Source: Eledone cirrhosa (Eukaryota). Taken from it: a DNA stretch of 64,000 nt. Every line of letters starts with the position of its first letter. The stretch's first letter is position 1. A model generated the notes under the pieces. It worked only from the letters and a program-made list of their open reading frames with translations. It had not been told where the DNA came from and ran no database searches. Position numbers and translations under genes: made by a program. This document shows, one piece after another, positions 29,695 through 42,767 of this stretch. The DNA lies in NCBI GenBank assembly GCA_964016885.1, contig OZ024741.1, positions 134,106,001-134,170,000 of the forward strand, read 5' to 3'.

Positions 29695-29995
29695 CTGAGT
29701 TAACCGCCGAGGTTAACTTTGCCTTCATCCTTACGAGGTCGATAAAATAAAGTACCAGTGGTGCACTGGGGTAATCGCTGGCCTTGTGCCAAAAGTAGAA
29801 ACTAGGCGGTGGATTGGCAGTATCGGTAGAGAGTCGGACGCCATGCTTTGCAGTAAAGAGTTACGGCCCTTTATGACCTGAGTTCAAATCCTGCCAAGGT
29901 TAACTTTGCTTTTCATCCTTACGGGGTCGATAAAATAAAGTACCAGTAATGCACTGGGTAATTGCTGGCCTTGTGCCAAAAGTAGAAACAATTAT
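29695..29995 (+). mobile_element. Tandem group B SINEs (partial plus full)
   Basis: Core and tail repeated twice; second copy starts at GGCGGTGGATTGG near 29805. Confidence 0.85.
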
Positions 29996-30024
29996 ATATA
30001 AGAAATCATTATATTACGAATATA

Positions 30025-30064
<40 letters not shown>

Positions 30065-30243
30065 GAAGTGGTAACACAACAGTTAGTTCACCATACCGAT
30101 TGTTTCACCTTAGCTGAGGATCCGCTAAGGTGAAACAATTGTTCTCGGTATGGTGAACTAACTTGTGTAACCACTTCTACTTAACTCGTCCTATGGACTG
30201 AGTGCTCTACCACTACGGATATTACCTTCCAGTGTTCTACCTC
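30065..30243 (+). mobile_element. Penelope-like mini-palindrome with minimal hammerhead and tail
   Basis: Arms 30065-30114 and 30124-30179 are reverse complements; ag-CTGAGGA-tcc gctaa ggt-GAAA-caattg-TT-ct; unpaired tail with TGAGTGCTCT; (TA)n on both sides. Confidence 0.7.
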
Positions 30244-30264
30244 TATATATATATATATATATAT

Positions 30265-30335
30265 GATGTGTTGGTATAATGGTAGCACAGTGGTCGCGAT
30301 AACCAAAGATGTGGGTTCGACTCCTATGTACGTCA
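30265..30335 (+). pseudogene. Degenerate tRNA cloverleaf (pseudo-tRNA or SINE head)
   Basis: A box TGGTATAATGGTAGC, B box GGTTCGACTCC; acceptor gatgtgt/gtacgtc, anticodon arm tggt/acca, T arm gtggg/cctat with many G-U pairs; no U33. Confidence 0.65.
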
Positions 30336-32639
30336 ATACTCATCTTTTTCCATTTATCTGAGGGTTCTAAACCCCATTATCAGGCTAAAATTCCTTTAGT
30401 CAAAAATACGGTGAAAGCTATTCTATTTTCTAATTTCAAACCTGCTCACTGTTTCAAAACATACTTACTTGCCATATATATACATATATATATATATATA
30501 TAATGTGTGTGTGTGTGTGTATACATCATCATCGTTGTCATCACTTTTCTATTTTCCATACTTGCATGGATTAAACAGATTGTCATCTTTTTAGGCTAGA
30601 CAGGTTGCATGATTATGTCTTACTCATGTGTTCCTGGCTTACTTTCTTTTGCTGGATGCCCTTCTTAACACCAGCCACTTCACGGTGTGTACTTGGTACT
30701 TTTTATTTTGGCATCAGTACTACCACTTTACAGTGTGAGTTGAGTGCATTTTATTGTAACACCAGCACTACTACTATTACTACTACACACACACACACAC
30801 ACACACACGTTACTACTGTCTTATGATGACTTATGTAATCTTTGTCTAACGTCTGTGAAATGTGCATAACGGACATTATTTAATAAACTAAAGTATGGAA
30901 ATGAAATACTGTCTCTTTGTATTTACTTACACACCTCCAAGTCCACACTGTAAACGTGGTTGGTGTTAGGAAGGGCATCCAGCCGTAGAAAACCCGCCAG
31001 ACAGTCCCATACGAGCGAGACGACCAATCTTGCCTCAAGTGGGACAATTCCCGTCTAAACCCATGCTAGTGTGGAAGATAGACGTTAAACGATGATGATG
31101 ATGATGACGCATGTATGTATTTGTATGTATGTATGTATATATATATATATATATATATCATCATCATCGTTGTCATTTTAACATTTGCTTTCCCTGCTAG
31201 CAAGTTTTGGATGGGTCTACATAGACCAAGTCAGTACTGAAGCAGAGCTACTGATCTCCTAGACAGGCCAGGAATCTGTGTCTCTCTTATGTATGTTCTC
31301 ATATTCCACTAAGTGCACAGGAGATGATGTCATATATATAACCTCTACCCTTGAGGTGGGTGGAGCAATGAACAAACTAATAAGCCTATTTCAGTATTAT
31401 AAAATTAATAGTCTTCAAATTATTTCATTTAAAACATTTTAAATGAGTTGAATGAAAGAAATATGTGAATGAAGCACTCTCTTCTGTAATACATGAGGTC
31501 CTTATTATATTTATCATGAAGTCCTCTTTAGGCATTGTTTTATGGCTGAATGCCCTTCCTGGCACCAACCCTTTTAGTTGCCTCTTACGACATGCAGATA
31601 TATGGTGTACCTGTTCTAAATCGGGTTATAGACCTTTTAGTTGCCTCTTACAACACACAGGGATACAGTTTACCTATTCTAAACTAGGTTATAGACCTAA
31701 GAATATGGAAGGAAACATATTGTATTGGGAGAAAAGACATTGAAGAATTTTTTTACATTTTATCAATGCCTTTTGTATTCTGGCAATATGTAGTGTGTCT
31801 TGTGTTCTTCAGTTTCATATCTCTAGCTAGTCAAGTGGGCTTACTATTGATCTTTCCAGTATATATATATACCAGGAGTATTTGTGGTTGCTGTAATCTG
31901 ACAGAAAATAATTATTTTCTTCTGATACCCATATGTTTTACATCATTAACCAAGATATCACTCCAGTCAACGGAATATTTTCTATGGGGATATATTATTT
32001 ATTTCTTGAGTATACAATTTCCCTCTTATGGCAATATTTTCAGTTATTGTATAGTATGGTCTTGTAACTCCTGATAGTCATAGGGGCACTGTGTAGCAAA
32101 TAGTATTTCTTGGACATTTTTTAGACCTTATAGAACCCATCCCTCTCTAAGTTTGAACACAGCAGATTTCTTCCAGAGGATAGAATGTGAGAGAGAGGAA
32201 GTGAAAAAGAGCTATAAAGGAAGAATCGACCCCCAGTATTAGACTGATACTTTTTTTATCGACCTCAAAAGGATGGAAAGGCAAAGTTCACCTCGGCAGG
32301 ATTTGAATGCAGAGAGCTGGAATGAGTACCGCAAGGCATTCTATACGATGTTCTAATGACTTTGTCATTTCACTGCAGTTATAGGAAATTAGTAAATTAA
32401 TATATTTATATCATTACCATTCCAAAATATTTGTTCATACTGATGGTAATTTTCAACTTTTGTTATGTGTGATATAGACATTGAGGAGGAAGGAGGAGGT
32501 AGCCAGTTGATCTTGTTTTGGAGAATGCAAGCTCAATGAGAAGTAAAAGATTCTGGTTGTATAGAGAATAATCATTAAAGGTCATCTCCATTGTATGAAC
32601 ATTAATGTTGTTGCACTTCAACTACAGTTTGATTTTCTT

Positions 32640-32915
32640 CTTTAGTTTACATGGAGACTGGTTGTTCCCTTCAGCTACATGGAGACACCTTTAGTTTACA
32701 TAGAAAGTAGTGTGTTTATTCCCTTCAGCTACATAGAAACAGCATGGTTACACTGCTAGCTTGCATGGAGACAGTGTGATTACACTCGTAGTTTACATGG
32801 AGTGTATTGTGGTAATTCCCTTTAGTTGCATGGGAAGATAGTATGGTTACACTTCTTGCTTACATGGGGAGTAGTACAGTAATACTCCAGCATGGTAATT
32901 CTCTCCTGCTACATA
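32640..32915. repeat. Degenerate minisatellite, about 34 bp unit
   Basis: Recurrent (c/t)tt(c/t)ag(c/t)tacat(g/a)gaga units. Confidence 0.55.
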
Positions 32916-34262
32916 GTAAAAAAGTTTCTATGGGTGTGCTGATTGTGATTTATGTTTTATCACATGAACAAATTTGAAATAAAACAGAGAAATACTGTAT
33001 TAATTTGGTCATCTAGTTTCCAAGCCAATGATAGGTTGTGTAAAATATATTAATGGAATGACATTGTTTTGTTTATTTACCAAAACATAATATTAAAGGT
33101 TTGTTTATAGGCATTATGTGTATTGATGTTAGTATTTTACATTGTCAGGTTTTCTTGTCATCTCATAGTGATTCCCATTGTCTAAATTTTAGATTACACA
33201 TGAACTACTCGAAACCTTACAAGGACATCCTTATCTACTCATTTCTGATGGTTCTAAAACCATTAGATATTTTTTGTTCCCTTCTTAATGGAGAAGACAA
33301 GAAAGAGAAGTCTGTATACTAAGAGATAATACAAATGATGATCCTTGAATTATATTATTGTTTCCTCTAACTAATAAAAACACTATAGCCATATCTTTTC
33401 TTGTAGATGATATTAAACAAATTCACTATATAAGAAAATAATTGGATATGTTTAACCCTATTTATTTTCATAAATTGTCATTAGATAAAACAACTTGTAA
33501 ATATTTTAAGTAATTATCAAACTGACAAGCTTATGGAATGTCAGTGATTTTAAGTTCAAAGATATTGTTAGTTTTTATTTCTGATGTGTTACAAAAGAAA
33601 TAAAATTCTTTATTACAGCTGAAATTTATTTTAATTCATTATAAACTTTTTTGAAACAGTTATTAGTATTATTATTTATCTATTAAAAGGGCAGTGGATT
33701 GGCAATATCGGTAGATCGTCAGACGATATGCTTTGTGGTATATAGTTACAGCCCTTTATATTCTGAGGTCATATCTCACGAAGATTAGTAAAATAAGTAC
33801 CAGTAATACACTGGGTCGATTTATTCGACTTTTCTCTCCCCGAAAATTGTTGGCCTTGTGCCTTAATTAGAAACCATTATTCAGCTATTAATATTTTTCG
33901 CATACAGCCTGACCATTGATAATATAAGACTATATTGAATCTACTTTTTTTTTCTGCCTAATATATCATTGACTTTTATTTTTATTGGTCTTCATTATTC
34001 TATTCACATACATAGATACATGCACATATAGTCTTACACAATCACATGTATATATTTATGTGTATATATATATGTGTGTGTATATATTAATTCGGGATGT
34101 TTGTTTACAAACAAACCGAACATTATAATAAATGTTCGGTAAACCCATATGTACATATATATATGTGTGTGTGTATGTATGTATGTATATATATACATAC
34201 TACTCTACGTCTGTATACATATACATACTTACATTTATATATATATATATATGTTATATATA

Positions 34263-34414
34263 AAAAGTCTGCAGTGCTGAGAGAAGGGAGACCACAAATC
34301 AGGGAAGTACTCTATGCATGGGAAGAAGTAGAGGAAAGTAAAAAGCTGACTGTGGCGCAAAATGGTTTTGAAAAGGCTTGCCGAATACAAGCTGAAAGCG
34401 CTTGGCATCACAGT
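34263..34414 (+). mobile_element. Penelope-like remnant: inverted tail plus minimal hammerhead
   Basis: AGACCA-caaatcaggg-AAGTACTCTATG...AGTAGA tail, then hammerhead; (TA)n on both sides. Confidence 0.65.
34365..34406 (+). ncRNA. Minimal type I hammerhead, U3-A8 core, palindromic stem III
   Basis: gtt-TTGAAAA-ggcttg ccgaata caagct-GAAA-gcgc-TT-ggc; distal pairing actgtg(34349)/cacagt(34409). Confidence 0.65.
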
Positions 34415-34514
34415 ATATATATATATATATATATCTATACAGAGAGAGAGAGAGAGAGATTATATGAGATCATTTAAGTTTAGCACATTTATATGCTTAC
34501 AACCTATTTAGCAT

Positions 34515-35020
34515 TATGGTTACTGACTGGCAGCTGTACATAGATCTGGGCAAGCAACTGCAGTTTTCATAACACATTGTAGCAATATATCCTCAGCCAG
34601 ATATGACCATCATTTCTGATCATAATGGAACTTTAGTAACCTATGAAGAGTAAATTGAAGCAACTAACAAGAGGAAACATATCAGGAATTGATGAGAAAG
34701 TGTCAGGAGAGAGACTAGAAACCATACTGTAAGCTTATATTGTTAATGGGTTGTAGAGGCTTTGCAGAACGCTCACTGAAAAGTCCTTAACTGGTTAGGT
34801 TTTATAAGAGCAGCAAAGAAGAGGGTCATGCAATCCACAAGGAAAGCATTATTTGGATGTGGATTAAAAGGGTTGATCCTTAGGTTGATGCTGCTGGAAT
34901 GCAAGTTGGGACCTGATTAACCCTGGCTGGGTTGCAAGAGCCAGAGTGAAAGACCCAAGGCACCCAATAGCCTCAGGTCACACAACTGATGATGTGTTGC
35001 AGTTTATCTATAAGGGTATA
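34515..35020 (+). mobile_element. HERO-like (R2/NeSL group) retrotransposon 3' fragment
   Basis: Degenerate WQLYIDLGKQLQF..HIVA..PD..P(W)EE.IEATNKRK..YQEL...GCRGFA.RSL...WMWIKR; 3' UTR cctgattaaccctggctgggt...gaaagaccc...actgatgatgtg. Confidence 0.75.
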
Positions 35021-35891
35021 AATTAATAATACTGGGGTTGTAACCACAAATATTTTGATAAATCATGTGACTTTAGTTTTCATGTAGCCTATCATGTGTC
35101 TTTTTGGAGATGTTATAGAATTACTAATAAGTAAGGTGTAAAGAATTTGACAAATATTTACATAATGATCTATGGCAACCAAATTCCTTGGTGTATTAAA
35201 GCATATTTATAAGCTGAAAACTTGTGGAGTTTTGGCCTAGAACAATATTCCACCACTTATGTGATTTGTCAGCAATCCTGAAGCTGTAACCTACAATGTT
35301 ACTCTACTGCAAGCCTAAGTATATTTTTAGCATGTTTTAAACATATTCTTATACTAATCAATTTGGTAACAAAGATGTATAACATTTTACATAAGACCTA
35401 TATTTGTATGTATGTATGTGTGTGTGTGTGTATATATACACACATACACACATAGGTGAGTTAAGTAATGAAAATTATATATACAGTAATTTCTATAATT
35501 TGTTTAACCAGTTATACACAATGTTTTGAATTCATTATTTAATTTGGATTTATCATTTTATTCTCTTTAATAGTCTATAATGTCGATAATTGATTGGTTT
35601 TTGTTAAAAAAACAGTAAATATAAAACTTCAGCACCATTTTTTATAGAACTGATTTTTAAGAGAAATCTTTTGTTTTGTTTTGTTTTTAATTTGGCATAT
35701 TAATGAAAAGAATATGGGGGATGAAAAGATTTATTAAAATAATATTTACAGAATAATTTACTAGTCAAGTTTGTGAAGTAGAAATAATGATGTTTTTTTT
35801 TTGTTTTTTTTTTATTTTATTTTGGTTTTATCAAAGAATTGCATACATTTTCTGAAGGATCTTAACTGTTTGCATTATTTTAAATTTAAAG

Positions 35892-36112
35892 TGCAGTGGA
35901 TTGGCAGTAATCTGTAGAGCGTCGGACAACATGCTTTGCAGTATAGAGTTATGGCCCTTTACATTTTGAGTTTAATTCCCATCAAGGTTAGCTTTGCCGT
36001 TCATCCTTACGAGGTTGATAAAATAAAGTACTCGTAATGTACTGGGGTCAATTTAATTGACTTTCCCCTTCCCGAAAATTGTTGGCTTTGTGCCTAAATC
36101 AGAAACCATTAT
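35892..36112 (+). mobile_element. tRNA-SINE group B, older subfamily
   Basis: Same head and core; similar copies at 28630, 33688, 40342, 48661. Confidence 0.8.
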
Positions 36113-38537
36113 TTTAAATCTAAATCATATTCTTTGCCCTTGTAAGATTTTTTTTCTATCTTTAATTTCTTGTTTATATTGTTTGTTGATGTAGATATTG
36201 TTATTTGTTCTGTCAAAAGCTTTATGTCCCAAAACTATGATTTGGTTTGGGATTGCTGCCATACAATTGTGAAAGAAATAATTGAAAATGACTTTATTTT
36301 ACATTACCTAGTCTTTAAATAAACCATATATGTATATATGTATTTAATTTTTTTCTTTCTTCTAAGCTACTGTGAAGGGTATCTACCTGGCTGAGTATTG
36401 TCACTTCTACTATGATCTTACATAAGATGGACTAATCAATTTGCTTAATGTATCAAACTACACAGGATGGACCAATTCAATATATCATCAAAGAGTGGGA
36501 TTGAGTTAAGATGTTTATCATCCCAGTTTTAAGTTTATGTAAATCAACATATTGGAAGATAACTTGATGAAGAGACCAGTTTGGAGGGCAGCTGTATGAA
36601 AGCCTAAAAGTGATTCTCGAAGGAGTTAATGCAATAAAAGTAGAACTGTTATTAGAAGGCTATCTGACTTCTGGTATGAATGACTTTTATTTTTTCATTG
36701 GAACGAAGAGGTTGAAGACTATTTTAAGATGAAAACTCTTTTGAGAATGATTCCTGATAACATTGAAAGAAAAATGAAACATTAACAGAATAAAGCATTA
36801 ACTGAAAGACCCTATTTTGAAAAGCAAGGCCTCAAATTTACATAAATCTTTATGGAAAGTCAATTGAGAAAGGAGATCAGCAGTTTTATATTTGATACAA
36901 AACATTATAAACCTCCCATGAAGGGTCAGGTTTTTATCTTAGGAATTGAATTTATCTTATTTCAAGATATAATAAACATTCTTTAAAATGTTTTGTTACT
37001 CTCCAATCTTCTTATTATTCGGTACTTTTATAATTGGCTCTGCTGTTTCTCTTGTAATCACGGAAAAAAAACCCTTTCTTTTTCTTCAAGGAATTGGTAA
37101 TGACTTTAGTTATAGAGTCGTTATTTAGAGAAATAGCAAGTAGATAGCCAGAGTTACTATGATAACATATCTATCTTTTTACTTCATGACTATTTGAATT
37201 TTAGCAGACGCCATTCAAAATATGGAGAGATTGGCAGTAAAAAAATGGTACTCATATGAAATATCCTCTTATTGGACAAAATGCTACACAATGCTATGAA
37301 ACATTAAACACTTTTGTTACAACCCTCATCAACATTATTGTCATTTTAAATGATTTTATATTCTTGAGGTAGATATGTTTATTTTTGGGGGGTTTTTTTT
37401 CCAATTTTTCCAAGCTGTATTTAAAGAGGAAAATTTAATTACAAGAGTAAAATATACAATTGATAGCTTGCATTTGTCATAGATATATTTTAATTAGTGT
37501 ATGACATTATCCTTCCCGGAATGTATCACTGAGGTTCTGTTTTATTTGTATGTGTGCTAGATGTCTTGTAACCAGAGTAACATGTTAATCCGAGTGTAAT
37601 GTAATCACACACATATACACAATAAAAAAAAATACAAAAACAAGAACAATAAATGAAAACCGTTGCAGCTCCCAAATTATTAGCAGCTTATGTGTTGATG
37701 GAAAGGTAAAAATACATCTAATGCTGCCTGTACAGAAGCAGTTTTAGAGCCTTCTTAAAGATAATAACCTACAGCATGAAGCAACGGAACAGATGAAAAG
37801 AAATTCTTAAGAGTTAATTTTTAAGAGTTTATTTTTAGTAAAAAATATAAAAAAATAAAAAAAAGTAAAATAATAATACCAATTTCTTAATTGAACTGAA
37901 TGAATGTATTTGCTTTAGAATGGATAACATTTTTATAACTTTGCTCCACTTTAGACATTTTAGTTTTGTAGAGAGTTAATTTTTCTTTTCTTATTAAGGT
38001 AAACTGGAGCCTTTAAAATGTGTTATTTGTCTTTTTGTATCATAGTTTAGTTCAATGGCTTTCTTGAAAATTGAAGGGATATATATTCCTGGAGAAAATT
38101 GTTTTGTTTTTTTACCAAAAATATGGCAACTTGTTAATATTTGCTTCTTTCAGTAAACAGCTTGAAGGCAGGAAGGCTAAATCCTTAAATGTTTCTATAT
38201 TTACTCACATTGTCTGCATTGTATTGCTGCTATAAATAAGCTTCATCTTATGTTTTTTTTTGTTTGTTTTTTTTTACTGATTAAGGGTTTTGCCAATTTT
38301 GCTTTATAAGTTTCTAACTCAAATGGACCCTTAAGTAATTAAGATATATTATTCACATAATTAACCCATTTACGTTAAAAAAAAAGAATCAATTGATACA
38401 ATGGAAACTAAATCATTTTATTAACAGTTACAATTTCCTGGAAATTAATGTTAACAACAAAAGAAAAACAATGTTTTATTACGTTTACTTTCTCAATCTT
38501 TATTATATTCGGTTCAATCCAATCTTTATTTGTTTAA

Positions 38538-38757
38538 CTCTTTCATTACCAAATTGTTAATGAAAGACACGGCCTCTGATTTTCAAATAATTTTGAAAAT
38601 ACTCAAGAATTTAGAGGGATTTAGTAATGTAAGTAGCTTTTTCATTAATAAGTTGGTTCTTATATAAAATTATGGTAGAAGTTTGTTTGATAAATATAAA
38701 CACTATATCACAAACATTGAATCAGGGGTAATTTCAGGCAGTTTGGTATGAAAAGGG
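38538..38757. mobile_element. TTAA-type (piggyBac-like) MITE
   Basis: TTAA|CTCTTTCATTACCAAA ... TTTGGTATGAAAAGGG|TTAA; a degraded relative lies near 18671-18910. Confidence 0.7.
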
Positions 38758-39206
38758 TTAAATGACAATAATTGCCTTCTGATAGAGTTATCATGTCAGT
38801 GCTGAAGTAAGTAGTTCAGACAAGATTGGTAGAATTTCCATTTTTAAGCGGAAACATAATAAAACCTAATTAATCATTCTTTGACAAATTTCTTGAATTT
38901 ACTCAATTAATTAACTTCAGATTTTAAAGAAAGACCAGATGTCATAAAATACTACTAACAATTTTAATAAATTTAAAATTTATTTTATTTTTAATTTTTT
39001 TTGCTATTTATGTTTTAGTCTTTAAAAAAAGAAACAACGAAAATAATAAAAAATGTGTGAAAATTACCTGTTACTTCTGAAGAATGTGTGTATTTGTATG
39101 TGTCTGGATGTTTATATGTGTGTTGGTTTATGGGTGTGTGTATGTATATATATGTGTGTGTGTGCAGTTGTGTTGGTTTATGGGTATATATACATGTGTG
39201 TGTGTG

Positions 39207-39251
<45 letters not shown>

Positions 39252-39325
39252 TTATATATATATATACATATCAAATTTAAAATGCAAGGAAATAATAGAC
39301 AAAAATATACCTATTTTTTCTTCAA

Positions 39326-39419
39326 AGTCCCTACTTCAGTTTCGCCAAATTGCTTTGCAGCAATCTTGCACTATAGAAATGCACCATCACTGTGAGGTTA
39401 TAAGGCTTATCAAGAGACC
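39326..39419 (-). ncRNA. Type I hammerhead, U3-A8 core, branched stem II
   Basis: Minus strand ggtctc-TTGATAA-gcc...ggc-GAAA-ctgaag-TA-gggact; internal hairpins tgca/tgca and attgc/gcaat; insert lies between (TA)n and (TG)n tracts. Confidence 0.6.
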
Positions 39420-40544
39420 CCCTCAGTTTAGTGTAGTTTCTTGACCTGATCGTTACAAGTGAATAATTCTCGAGAGGCGGAGGGAGAAATTAACAGATGG
39501 TAAAGCGGTCACAGAAGGGAGGTGTGTGTGTATATGGATGTGTAGATGTATGTGTATGCGTGTATCTATATATGTGAGTGTATATATATATACATACACA
39601 CACAAACACTATTTTATATTAAAATTAATATTTTAATGACATCAATTTGTGTAAGAAATCATTTTAAAATATAATTTTCGTCTTCTGCTTATTTTTTTTT
39701 TTTTGTAAACATTTTGTTAATTAAATTGTTATATTTAAACACATTCTTAAAATGCATATGTGTTTTCCGCATTTATTATACTTGAAACCTGTATTTACAT
39801 GTATGTACATGTCTATGTATGTATGTATGTATGTATATACACGCACACACATATATACAATCAGTGTCAGTATTCCCCAGTCCCACATTTGCTGCAATGT
39901 CTTATAATTCATTTTGAAAATTTTTTGTCTATTTTTTACCATGAAAAGGACTACAACTGGTCATAGGGCATAAATAAGGTGCATACATTGTGTTATGGAA
40001 GGAAAATAGTATGAAATCTGAAAAACAAAAAAAAAAAGATGAAAAGTATTCTTCTAAAAAGACAATTCTTAGCTAGTTCCTTCCTATTGTCCCTATCTCA
40101 GTTTGAATCAAATCCTTAGGTAAGGTTTCCATTCTATATTCTCTTTCTCTGCTAATATACTTTATTGTTGTCTGTCAGGATCTTGCTTTAAAGAGTTAAT
40201 AAATTTAAATATCAAGAAACCTATCTATCTTGTAGCAATCTTCTTTGCTCCTTTTTATTGCAGAAATGAGTTTGTTTTTATAATTTTTTTTTCTTTTTTT
40301 TTTCTTTTTTCCTCAATTTTATTTCATGGTTATTATTAACCACAGTGGATTGGCAGTATTGGTAGGGCATTGGGCAACATGCTTTGTGACATATAGTTAT
40401 AGCCCTTTACATTCTGAGTTTAAATTCCTTCAAGGTTAGCTTTGCCTTTCATCCTTACAGGGTCGATAAAATAAAGCATCAGTAATGCACTGGGGTCAAT
40501 TTAACCGACTCCTCCCAGAATGCAATGGCAAAAGTACCTTAGAA

Positions 40545-40720
40545 CAGTGGTCGCCAAACTTCCGGACTTCATGGCCATTAAATTCATAATTTTAAATCCC
40601 GCAGACCACTAATATATGAATTTTTTTTAAAAAGATAAATACATTAAAATTTTTCTGCGGATAACCAAAATTTTCTCTCAGACCACCAGTGGACCACAGA
40701 CCACCAGATGGCAACAGCTG
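40545..40720. mobile_element. hAT (Charlie-like) MITE
   Basis: Exact 8 bp TSD CCTTAGAA on both sides; TIRs CAGTGGTCGCCA / TGGCAACAGCTG. Confidence 0.85.
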
Positions 40721-41348
40721 CCTTAGAAAATGTTTCTAGAATAATTCATTTTTGTATCTAAGTTATTAGAGCTTCAGAAGCTCAATTCAGCTGGTTTGAG
40801 TAGGGGATACATCAAATGAAGGCATTTGTAGTGTTGGTGCCACAATAAATACACCCAGCCCACTCTGTAAAATGCTAGTACTGGTGTCATAATGAAAGCA
40901 CCCAATTCACTCTGTAAGATGCTAGTGTTGAAGTCATAATAAAATGCTCCCTGTATATCCTGTAAATTGGTTGGTAATAGGCAGGGCAACCAGCTGTAGA
41001 AACCATGCCAAAACGAATAACATGATCACTGGATGAGTCTAACCTCAGAATGCAACAACCTGTCTAACCCATGCAAGCATAGAAAATAGATGTTAAATGG
41101 TGGTAATGATTGATATCCACACATTAATTTAATGGAGAAGTTTGTCAGCTTAACTTATGAAGTGCCATATTGATATTTCAATAAAATTCTGATGATTCAG
41201 ATTTGTGATTTACCCCCAACTCAAATACTGTGTCATACAAAATGACTGCTTTATTGTAATTATGAAAAGCAAAATACATATTTCAACTGTATGGGCTATA
41301 TTTATCCCTCCAAACCTTAACTTTTAATACTATTATTCTGTCATATTA

Positions 41349-41897
41349 AATAATAATAATGAAATTATTGTGTACAGTGCTCAGGTGCACTACAACTCAT
41401 CAAAGGTGCATGTATAGTACATAGAATAATGTACAAATGTCAGGAAAATGAACAGTGTATGAGTCATGATATAATAATTGTTTCTACGTTTGGCACAAGG
41501 CCAGCAATTACCCAGTGCATTACTGGTACTTTATATAATAATAATAACAATAATGAAATATTGTGTACAGTGCCCAGGTGCACTACAACTCATCAAAAAA
41601 AAGTGCATGTACAGTACATAGGGCAATGCACAAACATCAGTAAAATGAACAGTGCACGAGTCATGATACACACGTGTGCATGTGTATGGAAGGGGTACAT
41701 CAGGTGTAGTTTTGGCGTATTTCGAGAAGCATGAGTGTCTTAAAGGATGCAGTGTCTCGGCAGCTAACAATTGACGCAGGCAGTTTGTTCCATGCTTCAG
41801 CAACTCTGAGCGTGAAAAAATGTCTACGAAAGTCATGGGAGCTGTGCTGTTTTCTGATCTTGTAGGTATGTCCACGTGTGTTAGACACATGAAGATC
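41349..41897 (-). mobile_element. Two CR1 3' fragments with a group B SINE tail between them
   Basis: 3' UTR aaattattgtgtacagtgctcaggtgcactacaactc occurs twice; ORF end TRGHTYKIRKQHSSHDFRRHFFTLRVAEAWNKLP. Confidence 0.9.
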
Positions 41898-42007
41898 AAA
41901 AAATATTGCTATTAACTTGTTGGGACAGGTTATTAGAATAACTATAAAAGCATGGTATATGTGTTTGTTGTATGTATGTATACATGCATGTTTGTATGTA
42001 TGTATAA

Positions 42008-42384
42008 GGAGGCACATGGCTTAGTGGTTAGAGCATTGGGCTTGCAATCGAAAGGTTGAGTTCAGTTCTCAGACCGGGTGATGTGTTGTTTCCTTGAGCA
42101 AGACACTTTATTTCACATTGCTCCAGTTTACTCAGCTGTAGAAATGAGACAAGACTGGGGTCCCTATCATTCCACTGCAAAGTGGTCATGGAGGTGCCAC
42201 GGCAAAAAAGCATCCAGCCCACACTGTAAAGTGGACGTGTAGGCGCCACAGAAAAAAAAGCACTCGGCACTCACTGTAAATGAGATTGGTGTTAGGAAGG
42301 GCATCCAGCTGTAGAAATCAAGTAAGAATCAGTTCCCGTTCCACCCTTGCAAGCAGGGAAAAGCTGACGTAAAATGATGATGAT
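42008..42384 (+). mobile_element. tRNA-SINE group A with RTE tail and one extra internal unit
   Basis: Collinear with 4583-4930 plus an additional cacactgtaaagtgg...aaaaaaagcac unit. Confidence 0.9.
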
Positions 42385-42681
42385 GTATGTATATATATAT
42401 ATCTGTGTGTGTGTGTGTGTGAGTGTATGCATCATCATCAGTGTTTAATGTCTGTTTTCCATGCTTGCATGGGTTAGACAGGTTGTCAAGTTCACAGACT
42501 ACGTCTTACTCTATGGATCTGTATTTTGGCTTGGTTTCTACGGCTGGATGCCCTTCCTAACCAACTATATTACAGTGTGGACTGGGTGCTTTTTATTGTA
42601 GCACCGAAACGACCATCTTACATGGTGAACAGCTCTTTTTTTTTGTGTCACCAGCATGACCACATTACAATGTCAACTGGG

Positions 42682-42722
<41 letters not shown>

Positions 42723-42767
42723 GCATTGTTTGGCTTTCAAAATTTAAATTTGTGTTTCATATATATA

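Noticed and set aside
30265-30335. Functional tRNA gene
   Set aside because: Mismatches in the D and anticodon stems, many G-U pairs and no U33; kept only as a pseudo-tRNA or SINE head
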